The notes under the pieces were generated by a model. The model saw only the letters and a program-made list of their open reading frames with translations. It had not been told where the DNA came from and did no database searches. A DNA stretch of 64,000 nucleotides, from positions 124,001-188,000 of the forward strand of contig PDIP01000035.1 in assembly GCA_002811645.1 (NCBI GenBank), written 5' to 3'. This document shows, piece after piece, positions 22,201 through 30,760 of this stretch (position 1 is the first letter of the stretch; each line of letters begins with the position of its first letter). Source of the DNA: Corallochytrium limacisporum Hawaii. Its lineage: Eukaryota; Protista; Pluriformea. The position numbers and the translations under genes were made by a program.

Positions 22201-25200
22201 GTTCTTATCTTTTAGAAGACTTGCGCAGTTGTACGCAAAACTGACCCGCGCTGCACGCTCCCAGCGCTTGCAACGCTTGTTGTACGAGGTATCGTCTTCA
22301 TCCGCACCCTGAGTTGGTTTCGGGTGCTGCTCCGTATACAGAGCCGTCACATCCTTGGGGGAGGTGACTTCAATACGGGTTGGCCACAGCAACCACATTC
22401 TTACAAGTGGACGGAACGAGCAGGCTAAGATAGTTGTGGCCACTAAGATTGCCGACATGTACACGATCAGCGCCTCGCTACCTTCGAGATCAGTCGTGAT
22501 CATCACGATCGGAGATATTAGCAGAACGGAAACCGAGGCCACAATGACCTGTGGACCAGTGGAAACCAATACCGTGTTTGCTTGTCTCATGACGAAGAGA
22601 GAAGCAAGGAAGATGAAGAACACGCTGAAAACCAGGGAGTAGTATGCACCAACCACGGCCCAGACAGGGTTCAGAGTCTGAATGAACATACCCAAAGCGA
22701 CAACTCCCGCAGGAAGAATTGCAGCGATCAGACCGCCAGTCACGCGCTTGACAGCAGCAATGACCATGACAGGAATGGAATTCTGTGCAATATAGTATGT
22801 GCACACTCGCGCGATGGAATTGATCACTCCGCCGCTGACAATAAACGTGACCATGAAGGCCAAACTGATGGCATCTTCAGCTTCAGATTGGAACCGTTGA
22901 GACGAGAAAATACCAGAACCAAGGTACAAGTTCAGCAAAATTTCCATGATGGCGGGGATGGAGAAGAAGAATCCAGCAACCACAGAATTGTACGTGGTTG
23001 GTGGAGGTGGAGGTGGCAACTCGGCGTTCACAATGGACGGATCCGGGTCGTCGGGTTGGCCAGCCATCAATTGAGCTCGTACTTCTTCATACAGAAGGGC
23101 GCCCATTTCATGAGAATCCAAGCTGAACAGATCCAACATGCGATCCCTGGACATGATCATCTCCAATGCGACAGAGCATTGATCATAGTCCGGTAGAGCA
23201 ATAACCAAGCGGCTTCTGAGCAGGACGACGAGTTCTTCAGCAGCAACTCGGCGCACAGCATTCCAAAGAATGTCGTGACAATAATCTGTGAAGGCTGTTC
23301 TACCTCCCTGTTGAAGGATAACTTTTTGCAGGGCGTCAACGTACTCCACGATCAGTTTTCTGGACTCTTCCTTGAGGATAGCCTCTCCCACTAGAAGGCG
23401 TAGTTCCTGCTCCACATCTTCCAAGCGATTCCCGAGAAGTCTCTTCATGTTTGAACGCTCTGCGGTAGTGTCTGTCACATCCTGGAGGAGGGACCGTCGG
23501 GCCATGTAATCAACTTGATTGGCCACGAAAGTATTGTACTCACGGACTGCTTCAGTATCCATGGTCTCGTTTTCCCCGTTCTTCCTTCGAATGTTCAATG
23601 TCTGCGTAACATTGTAAACAAGTTCCCTCTTTGACGACCAACTAATTTGCCACTTGTATCGAGCAGCAATGACCGTCTGTGGTAACTTGGATGCCTGGGC
23701 CACTGGTAGACCTTCCACAACAAGAGCTTCCTGTTTCGAGTATCCCGCGCATCGGAAGTAGGAATGTAGAACCACCTCAAAAACGGAGGGTACATCCCCA
23801 GCCACATAAATATCCAAGATATCATTTACTCTATCCCAGGTGGTCAGTAAGCGCTTCTGAATGCCATCCACATCCTTAGTGGTCATTGTTCCCTTGTCAG
23901 CCACAAGGATGTTGACCTTTCGGCCTTCAAGCGAGTTGCGCAGCTCTCCCAGTGTCTCTGATACCCGTTGAATTCCGATAATCTCCATCATGTGACGTGC
24001 TGAAGGAGATGGGTTCGCCAAAAGGTTCTCAATTGTGTTGATGATCTCGACAAACTTCACATGAGACATCCTTTCTTGTCTATTCGAGCTCACCGTCCAC
24101 GAGGTAGAGGGAAACTCTTGCAACACGGCGTCACCGAGATCCAGGAGTTTCTGCTCTGCGAACAAGAACTTGAGCGATTTCCTGATGGTTTCCACCTTAC
24201 CCTTTGTCATTGGAATAGCCCCAAAGGGCTGCAAACTGCTATTGTCTACTTCGTAGTACGGTACCAGCCGTGACAGATTGTAGGGATTAGTACTAACATT
24301 GAGGTGGGTTGTGAAATCGGAGGGATCGATGCCAGCCGGCCAAAGATCCTCCGCGGGGGCTTTAAATGAAGGAACAACTTCGTAGAAATCATCCGACAAT
24401 CCCATGTCCAGCAGGAAATCGTTCCACTCTGCCGGGTTCGGCACGAACCGGTTGGTTTCATCAAGGATGTCTTGCATGGCACGAACACGGGAATACGCCA
24501 CTACAGCAGGCATATCCATGAGACCACGTGCACCCTGCGGCTGATAATTGATTTTCATCGTTTTGATTGCTGCCACATCCTCGAACTGGCCATCGTTGGT
24601 AACCCATCCAACGAAATTATTTTCCTTTGTGAAAGATGCAAAGAAGCCTGCCTGGGCCGGTGAAACCTTGCCTTGGACGACTTCTACTGCCAACACACAG
24701 AAGTCATTTCGGATGGCGATCTCTGTGTTAATCTTCTTCACCAAGCCCGTAAACCCGTCCTGCTCGTCCCCGATGCGAACCCGCTGGCTACCATCCAAAT
24801 TCATTGTCGGGTTCACTAGAAGCACGCCATGCAAATAATCACGTACGCGCTCAAAAACAGCATGGCCACCACGAGTAAACGTGATGGCGTGCGGGTACTT
24901 GTCCGCCACTGAGCGGATAATCTGACAAATGACCTCTCCACCCATCAACATGATAGTTGTGTCAACACCGGAGAAGAAAATACCATCGAAACCGCAGAAC
25001 ATCACCAGATACCAGCAGTAGAAGAAGACTCGGTCAACGAACTCTTCTTCAGTCGCAACCTGCTTTCTGGACATGGCAAAGTGCAGTAGATGGCACTGAC
25101 CAAGAATTTTGTATGACTTCTTCAGAACACCCTGTTCGAGTCCTAGATTCTTTTCCAAAACCTGCCGTCGTTCAGGGGCATTGTTGTACGCAGTGCCGCT

Positions 25201-25629
25201 GACCATTCGTCCCTTTGCCGTGGCACTTGTTTTGTATAGTCGCCTCAACTTCTTCTGAGACTTGTGAAACCCAATTCCACCTGCAGGAGGTCTCAAAACA
25301 AGAACGTCTACAGGTTCCCAAAAATTGGCGTGTTCTTGAAGCGTCTCGGGCTTTCCCAGATAGATTGCAAAACTACTCACCTTGCCAGCCTTCCATCGTT
25401 GCTTCATATCAGGAGGCGGCGGAGGCACACTGATGATACCGCTTTCTTCTAAATTTTCATAGAAGCGCTTCAATCCCCGTCGTGCAAAATCTGTGCGCGT
25501 CTTGGCCCATACAAAGAATCCCATTCCCGCAAACAAGCACAATGCCGCCAAGCCGAGAACAAAGGCGACTTCAACCGCGAGATATCCCAGACCAGGGACA
25601 TAAAATGTCCTGGCAATTAAGCGCGACAT
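16279..25629 (-). CDS. Giant multi-domain membrane GT4 glycosyltransferase, Gtb3 (galactosaminogalactan synthase)/PelF-like
   Basis: 3116 aa single ORF. N-terminal TM; TIM-barrel-like GH114/PelA-type segment (SFAIYLG...VDVLVLRP, GFDGIFFSGVD, GVLLVN); multi-TM block (~21330-22990); DSGTWPTGGGGVGNCRRD and PLWGLDF, which I recall from large fungal GT4s; PelF/DUF3492-like ALLGMIAKRKYGSRFIIWDHGILWRER; IKDVMNAIQA; GT4 EX7E signature SSFSEGLPLALGEAGLCGLPVVCTDVGG. Confidence 0.85.
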   Translation of the reverse strand: MSRLIARTFYVPGLGYLAVEVAFVLGLAALCLFAGMGFFVWAKTRTDFARRGLKRFYENLEESGIISVPPPPPDMKQRWKAGKVSSFAIYLGKPETLQEHANFWEPVDVLVLRPPAGGIGFHKSQKKLRRLYKTSATAKGRMVSGTAYNNAPERRQVLEKNLGLEQGVLKKSYKILGQCHLLHFAMSRKQVATEEEFVDRVFFYCWYLVMFCGFDGIFFSGVDTTIMLMGGEVICQIIRSVADKYPHAITFTRGGHAVFERVRDYLHGVLLVNPTMNLDGSQRVRIGDEQDGFTGLVKKINTEIAIRNDFCVLAVEVVQGKVSPAQAGFFASFTKENNFVGWVTNDGQFEDVAAIKTMKINYQPQGARGLMDMPAVVAYSRVRAMQDILDETNRFVPNPAEWNDFLLDMGLSDDFYEVVPSFKAPAEDLWPAGIDPSDFTTHLNVSTNPYNLSRLVPYYEVDNSSLQPFGAIPMTKGKVETIRKSLKFLFAEQKLLDLGDAVLQEFPSTSWTVSSNRQERMSHVKFVEIINTIENLLANPSPSARHMMEIIGIQRVSETLGELRNSLEGRKVNILVADKGTMTTKDVDGIQKRLLTTWDRVNDILDIYVAGDVPSVFEVVLHSYFRCAGYSKQEALVVEGLPVAQASKLPQTVIAARYKWQISWSSKRELVYNVTQTLNIRRKNGENETMDTEAVREYNTFVANQVDYMARRSLLQDVTDTTAERSNMKRLLGNRLEDVEQELRLLVGEAILKEESRKLIVEYVDALQKVILQQGGRTAFTDYCHDILWNAVRRVAAEELVVLLRSRLVIALPDYDQCSVALEMIMSRDRMLDLFSLDSHEMGALLYEEVRAQLMAGQPDDPDPSIVNAELPPPPPPTTYNSVVAGFFFSIPAIMEILLNLYLGSGIFSSQRFQSEAEDAISLAFMVTFIVSGGVINSIARVCTYYIAQNSIPVMVIAAVKRVTGGLIAAILPAGVVALGMFIQTLNPVWAVVGAYYSLVFSVFFIFLASLFVMRQANTVLVSTGPQVIVASVSVLLISPIVMITTDLEGSEALIVYMSAILVATTILACSFRPLVRMWLLWPTRIEVTSPKDVTALYTEQHPKPTQGADEDDTSYNKRCKRWERAARVSFAYNCASLLKDKNIQTPQKTDMKVVPPLIKERMKQKDQEFYLMDWYFLRSGQKSSQPYSFEWDSMLKQALKELKKKFAVEKLGRGGVLAHFEADAILYGAMYFVMIFLDRWSTLLTGYGTSFFLPSNLGSDYAIGLGWATVYMLTVASLFEINLVRITFGELQFEQGRLFPGSNGSKMINFMKRQKSALYWRELATFLTTITLSFVFTSIFIVAIHIYNVTGDAFRFYIIGCVGYTGLLTGLFHKLFLAAKDAEVNAALFAGLVVGLLSGIISVVATGNPVFNIVAILVGGWVFGIASIFYQSQNLLQHNGLVLSPALMSSGCKWMSTSTNLTAREALYQSCDALRKRNKVVRIDNDSPTGDAILTMFRQASASWQRKADTLLLQAFPDGDDLLRKIGDRLRGGHVRVFLVDERIMTNGPSPHFAVAQYSPFDTATVIYVGAPIEMMEDLSLGRDISSHSGFPMICETIIHELLEMRGMPHTHASISELLLYGEVRLPSRMQKEIGLMNDRQLLTVLSDIIQVGISKASMDADVSTNWMHLGHGARRMVVTWAASFMSLGATKLDRETLDTLHSSLVAEFEDFDIAEVMQAIGYETSVEEAPEQLRRCMARSLLGFAVAKRVYKAVRKHRDVNLDAVEGSSEDKDETIVEMDEEPHNRKSRNIFNSLKATGRIIYMCFTADTRFGREMHDYLKSGSSIPFVARYTLPYFYISAKALYKVLLYVLAVSVRPFTDEFVQKASRGLYREEVYSPGSELSKMIHIHESASEVTAFVKGPADMMNGKSKKTRRRRADSDAAGRSHGSINALIPDEASGGTLDKDDTDTIVAEFYQGRKEQKPSAVPFKRTLYDAIDRKLIRQEWLNPDGNKTKTIFYEYESFESRYPSRRVTFNGSVDELPENVPAHPQRSDIMYYDNNGLVVSGDLWRKRDDLPNSPVLMIRADFTYSFQNLKKSWFKGKLGCFGVYLAQASYTHRHQGSGWNITIVYEKETKDDMILVPNINYVDFSNSISGEKHRTFLSYTHPQHPTMTTMLLRGADEATGGVVLAHRQKEINTPYEIRMDVYKIIHVPGVEHFFVTDIFDCGGMSRRDVSRRLFDLSAGSKDKVVQICATPYGVMRRRFDLWKAWRSGEIEGVFARELDEQFLRETPILKRYWRLRDRGDFKDAVKYLEVRKVAISTLVLIPDTPQTRTHLKIRLSDMMILGAGGDAADIAPLDIQEAESVSRDHLQVLGIDSGTWPTGGGGVGNCRRDLIKGMPGVRWTIMAEIGTDAELLQPGYDVEKNVNAIYFAPLWGLDFATVNQNVLATVSDGELERRRMDTTDDVVSEQFVPLLRLLIRGSAQGSFTSDDIERYSLLFVRLNEYFQKYDWLKSWDSEFTKAAWFAEWFEVISPLSIEDRYLTCEMPSLNDLDMLYSLIVRLLYPFASKVPVCPVIQASHHGIQALLGMIAKRKYGSRFIIWDHGILWRERIYALANVKGMAKFVQIGFMGLTRLAAVVNFGNADYICPCTSIQNIDWEAWLGGGRYNNDDLKMYTLRKISPVLNGMDMGRFRANFAGEEDYPCAVMLSHVNSIKDVMNAIQASSVIVHDWGLTEFRMYIYGSLESDPSYAAQCANTIVALDLSEHVRLMGLGNPQKVLSRGWVFVNSSFSEGLPLALGEAGLCGLPVVCTDVGGSREVLSDTIPGQRLDPMKTYGRVVPPASSSDLAKGIMEVMGMTDDLENIVDRSAVRLTLESFRGKPAKLLERMMDPEVRQKRRALGLRLRARVFRVFGIHRYLREHEQLMWVAAMNSEGEAASMIKNYIGFKHKEKRTAMAGKETNQARKMDRFAGRSLEATVPSEMEPKERRKMLDHLILDKFGDGTALRKEMKRQARKSRSPKRGSHRFPDVSSEGSAEDVIQTATGRRRGRSKDKKKSKSRRRKEDKRTSELGLLDAEGGGSNATSRRASLASDGSGLVLPEPSRTSGEFSESTMSALTRDNKSTKSDDDDFI

Positions 25630-28600
25630 GGCGAATGTGTATGAATTATTTGGACACTACCGGTTCCACTTATCAGCTAACTGTACACATTTTATATATC
25701 ACTAACCAAAAACCGTTACAAAATGCTAAGATGTCGCTTGAATAGTCTACAGATGGGTTTTGCCTTCACATGCACATGAATTGGTCCCCGCGTAGTTTGA
25801 GTACCTATCTGCGTGATTCGCACTGTCCCAGAGACCGGCAGCTAGGCTTGTCGGTGTCCAAACCGCTCCTGCAGAGAATGGCAGACTGGTCGGTGAGTAA
25901 TTCGACTTTGTCACTATGAGACATGTCCTATGCGAAACTAGGACACTTTCTTGCTTGGTTGAGGCGCTTTTTCCCTTTTTCCTTCGCCAACCCTCATTTT
26001 CCATTCAAGGCTCGAGCAAACCACCGGTCTCACTGACGATTCATACGTCAACTTCTTCTGCTTGTTGAAATGGGGATGACGCCCTATACACATTAAATGT
26101 ACCCTGTTGCGGAGTTCTGTGGGACGATGCGTATATAACTCAGCCTCACAATTCTCCCTCCTCACTTTTCTACAACACCGTTAAACATTGTGTTCCGCTC
26201 TGGCGGGACCGAATTCCTCTGAAATGCAGACAGGGAACTGGGTCGCGCAAGTTGCGAACGAGGACGACTGAAAATTGAGGTAAGGCGCAGAGGGGAAAAA
26301 AACTATGAGAGAGAAACGTCACAGTTTTTTCTCTTCCAAATCGCAACGAACGTAAAACTCTTTGCACCGAGCCCCGGACTCCCCGTTTCATGCTGCGGAG
26401 GCATTCAACGGAAAAAGAAGCAGCGACGGTGCAACGTCAAAGTAAAATTTCCATAGTTTCGGCTCTGAAACTCTTTCTCCATGCTCTGCACTGCTACCCA
26501 TGGTGGGTTTCAAGCGCGCCAGTGGTGCCTGCTGTGTCCGCTCCTTCCTTTGCTTGTTTGCTATGTATTGGGTATGGTGACGGTCTCCATGGGTGGCAGA
26601 GCACGACGCGAAGAGCATGTAGCCATAAGGAGAACCCTCATCCACCCAACAATTGATAGTCATCCGCAGATCCTTCCGGGGCGGGTAAAAAGGGATTGTC
26701 CGTGTCAGTGTTCTATACATTTCCGGTTCGTTATGGATCGCTGCTGGCTGCTCATGCCCGATATATATTCATTACTGCGGTTTAGCGACAATTGTCCCGT
26801 CCTCTTACTACTTTGGCAGCGGCCACTATCGGCCGTTTGAGTCCTCGGACTTTCAGTGAGCGGGTCACCATCATCGAAAACTTTTTGTGGCAATGCAACT
26901 GCGGCACATTTATTGATGATGATAGGAGAGCGTCAGGTAGCGCATGAGAGCTCCCGGGATTTAATTGACCAGTAAGACCACTATTCTCGTCCCATTTTGT
27001 TTTTTCTGTTGCACTCACAGCGACACCTGAAATCCCGCCCCCTGCTTTCCTTCTCATATTCGATAGTCTAGCCTAGTTTAGACCGGGGAACGGAAAAAAA
27101 TTTGCCACTCTCAGACTTCTTCCGTATTAGTCGCACCCAGCACTTGCCAAAGAAAGTCAATGTCACTATTCATTGGGACGTATACACATCTCAATGAGTT
27201 AAGTGTGAAATAACTAGGCTCCGGTAATTCTCATAGGGGTGTCTCACTTCTCACTCTTCGGTACTTTCATTATGGGCAGTAACGAACAGGGCCGTTGGGG
27301 TGGGCTCATCCAGTGCGGCACCACAGCAGGGCAAGGCAGGGGGGTTGGACTCAAAGCAACAGTGCAATAAGAAAATCAGGACTCCCATGCGGACTGCAGA
27401 ACATCGTTGTCAGAAACGGGGGCGATACCCGAGGGACGGCGACAGACTCGAACTCCTGTTCCCAAATATATGTCCCAGCAACTGCTAGCTCTGCTGTCAG
27501 GCACGAGTTTCCTATTGAATGTATGATGAAATTCTGATACTCAAAGGAAAAGGAATAACAATCTAACTGCTTGTTGGTGAGACGGGGAGTGCGAGACGAC
27601 TCGCTCATAGAAACCTTCTATGAACGAGCACACGCTGCAGGAGGTCTAGTAATTGTGCTTGCGGTGGCCTGGGCATGATGATCTCCTTCACAACATGGCG
27701 AATCCTCCACGTTGGCAATGGAGCAAAGGTCTTGTTTCAAGGTCCAGTCAATTGTGTCCTCGATGTCAGATGAAAAAAGTCTGGGGACACATAAAAGATC
27801 TACTGGATGCGTTGGTCCATACTGCCAGGGGCAACCGGGGCAGAGCTCAGTGTCTCCTGTGTGCAAAGCGATTCCTCGCCCCCAAACGATCGGCCCCTAC
27901 AAAAGTATATGTGTTGGTTCGTGTCTTTTTTCTGTTGACACTCTCTGATCGGTATGAGTTTTGGGCGGGCCTGAGGTTTTTTTTCTTCTTCGCTCCTGCC
28001 TTGCTTTTGCCCCCCCCCCTTCCGCACTCCTCCCTCTCTTGGCTTGTTCACTCCACTATTGCCCAATGCAACTCTACTGCCGCAGATATCCTTGTGCTCT
28101 GGAGACCGTAAAAGGATCCTCTGCTAACAGAGGGAACCAAAGCGTTCATGACAGAAGACCACTTGGACATTGGCAATACTCAGATTCCGTCGTTAGGAAG
28201 CGCGCGGACGGAGTGGGCCCAAGCGAAAGCGGTGAACCTGCGAATACCAGAGTGGGAGCGCAAGACAAGGCGGGTTAACAGCTCCGGAGGGGCAGAGTGG
28301 TGTGCGCTGCAAACCACGCTTCTACTGGCACTCTCTGTCTCTTCCGATCTGACCCATTTCACCTCTGTCTTATTTCATATACCTCAATCTTTCAATCTAT
28401 GTTGATTGTTATATTTGTACACATTCATTTTGATTTGTGTGATTCTGATTGACATCAGTTGGAAGTACAATAGCGGTGTGTTGAAGATGCTGCAAAGTCT
28501 GCGACTCGCGCATCAACGATCAGACTTCGGGATTCTCCCGTAGTAATTGTACTGACTTTTTTCTAACCTTCGGTGTCTTCTTGTTGTTGTATGGTGATCC

Positions 28601-29335
28601 CCTTCGAAGCAAATGCGGATGAGATCGCTGACGGGCAGCAGCCGGACTACAATTTTTCAGCAATATTACAGCTTCGTATGTGAACAGAATTGGAGAAGGG
28701 ACTGCAGAAAAGGGGCAACCGGGCATTCCGTATCTCCTGTGGTGTGCCAAGTCTTAACCCACAATCCCCATATGCATTGAGTGGAGTTCATCTCACTAGT
28801 ACAATTAAGGGCGTAACTATTCCCGGAAAGGGACCCCGCACAATTGCACATACGTAGACTGCACACAACACTGTTCCAAGATACGAAATACACAACACAT
28901 CAACGCGTCAACGTCGAGATCTTGAGTTCTTTCGGGTGGGTGTTTCGTTCAGACTGGAATGTCAGCGTTTCCGAAGGCGACTCTTTGGCACCGGCCTCTA
29001 CTTCACCGCGGGAAGGTGCTCCGAATTTCCCAAAATGAAAGTTCAGCACCCTCGAGTCCGAGGTCTTCTCTGGGTGTGGCGACACTGGAACCACTAACAT
29101 TAGAATGTGAGCAAGATTGCAAGTTGCGCAAAAGAAAAATATGATGAAGAATTTTGTAGGTGGGCTGCAAAATTTTAGGGAACGGTATGTGGTACTCAAA
29201 GTAGGGGACGAGAAGAAATTGGGTGTGAGAGGCAAGGTGGGCTAAACGCAAAAACGCGCTTCTGCATAGGGCCGATTCGTCAACTGACGCGAAATCTAAA
29301 ATTGCAAAAAAAAACACAATATAAACGCTTGAAAT

Positions 29336-30436
29336 ATGATTGCGAGATGCCTACTCTTGTTTACGCTGGTCGTGAGTCTATCGACGGCCAGTGAAGTCGC
29401 AAGAGCGGAGGAAGCATATCGGAAAGAGCTTCCAGAGGTGGTGGTGGGCGGATACGCCCCTGAGTGTGCTGCAGGTGGATCAAATAAGGCCGTATTGGCC
29501 TCCGTTGAAAAAGGTGTGAACTTGGTTTTGTGGTTTTCAATGTTCCTGATCTCAGTGGACGGGAACCCGACTATCAAGATCCCATTCGACATGGGATGTG
29601 TAGCCAAAACTATTGAGGAAAGCTACAGGTACAACCCAAATGTACTCCACTTCATCAGTGTCGGAGGTTGGAATGCCCCTCATCCTGATCTCACATGGAG
29701 TGGCCGTGAATGGAACAACATCTTCAACGAATGGGAGCGAGAACAATTCACTGAGGCGGGCAAACCGGATATGCGTTTTGATGGTATTGATTGGGATATT
29801 GAAGGGAACGATGATCCATCATCAGAATTCAACCACGTCAAACCTGAGACCCTCGAACTGGTTTTGGACATGTCCCGCCATGCCAAGGAGGAGGGAAGGC
29901 TGATCAAAATGGTTCCGGCAGAATCTTACCTGGATCCCTATGTTCATCGTTACGATAATAGCTTATTGCACGCGTACCCTTGGTGGCATCCAGAGTTTAA
30001 ATACCATGGTAGGAACACCTATGCGCCGTTACTTTGGCATCATGTCCATCTCTTCGATTTCATCGATGTCCAACTGTATGAGACTTTCTCCCGAGCGCAC
30101 TACATGATCGACTACGAGGGATATGATGTGCAGAGAGTGCTCGATGACCTTTGCAACCGCTATGCTGACGGGTGGAAGATATTCCATCACGGCCATGTTC
30201 ACCATACTCATGTTCCTCTTTCGAAACTGATGTTCGGATTCTCCACTGGCATCACGCCGGGAAGGATGCTATTTGTAGAGCCTGCCGACATCGTCAAGGC
30301 ATTCAAGCACAATACTGACTGTACCCCGCGAGGGTTGATGTACTGGAACATTGAACTTGATGAAAAGCCAGTTAACGGAACAGATGAGATCGTCCACTTT
30401 GCTAGAGACTTTGGCAGCCTTACCCGTGACTACTAA
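29336..30436 (+). CDS. Secreted GH18 (chitinase-like) glycoside hydrolase
   Basis: Signal peptide; ISVGGW motif; intact catalytic FDGIDWDIE (DxxDxDxE); FDFIDVQLYE; terminal GLMYW strand. Confidence 0.82.
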   Translation: MIARCLLLFTLVVSLSTASEVARAEEAYRKELPEVVVGGYAPECAAGGSNKAVLASVEKGVNLVLWFSMFLISVDGNPTIKIPFDMGCVAKTIEESYRYNPNVLHFISVGGWNAPHPDLTWSGREWNNIFNEWEREQFTEAGKPDMRFDGIDWDIEGNDDPSSEFNHVKPETLELVLDMSRHAKEEGRLIKMVPAESYLDPYVHRYDNSLLHAYPWWHPEFKYHGRNTYAPLLWHHVHLFDFIDVQLYETFSRAHYMIDYEGYDVQRVLDDLCNRYADGWKIFHHGHVHHTHVPLSKLMFGFSTGITPGRMLFVEPADIVKAFKHNTDCTPRGLMYWNIELDEKPVNGTDEIVHFARDFGSLTRDY

Positions 30437-30760
30437 GTGGGAGATAGACGGATCAAGAGCAGACTTTTTGGTTGAATAGAAAGTGGTACGCCGTGTTTTC
30501 AAATTAACTGACCCCTAATACATAAAATTAAGAATTCTTTGCGTGTGCGACCCCATCACAACGAGCACACCTCCTGTGAGAACACGATTGTGTTCACAGG
30601 GTGTGATCATTGACTGGATTGCCGATCTTGGTATCGCACGAAACCGTGTTCTAGGATGAGCCCGGCTGGGTACATACAAGGTCTTGCTAGTGATTGTGTG
30701 GCAGCCATGGGCACAGGTTTGTAATTTTGTACTCTGTGTTAAGGGAAGTCCACACAGTCT

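Noticed and set aside
27105-27140. gtattagtcgcacc resembling a pogo/Tigger-like TIR
   Set aside because: No inverted partner found by eye.
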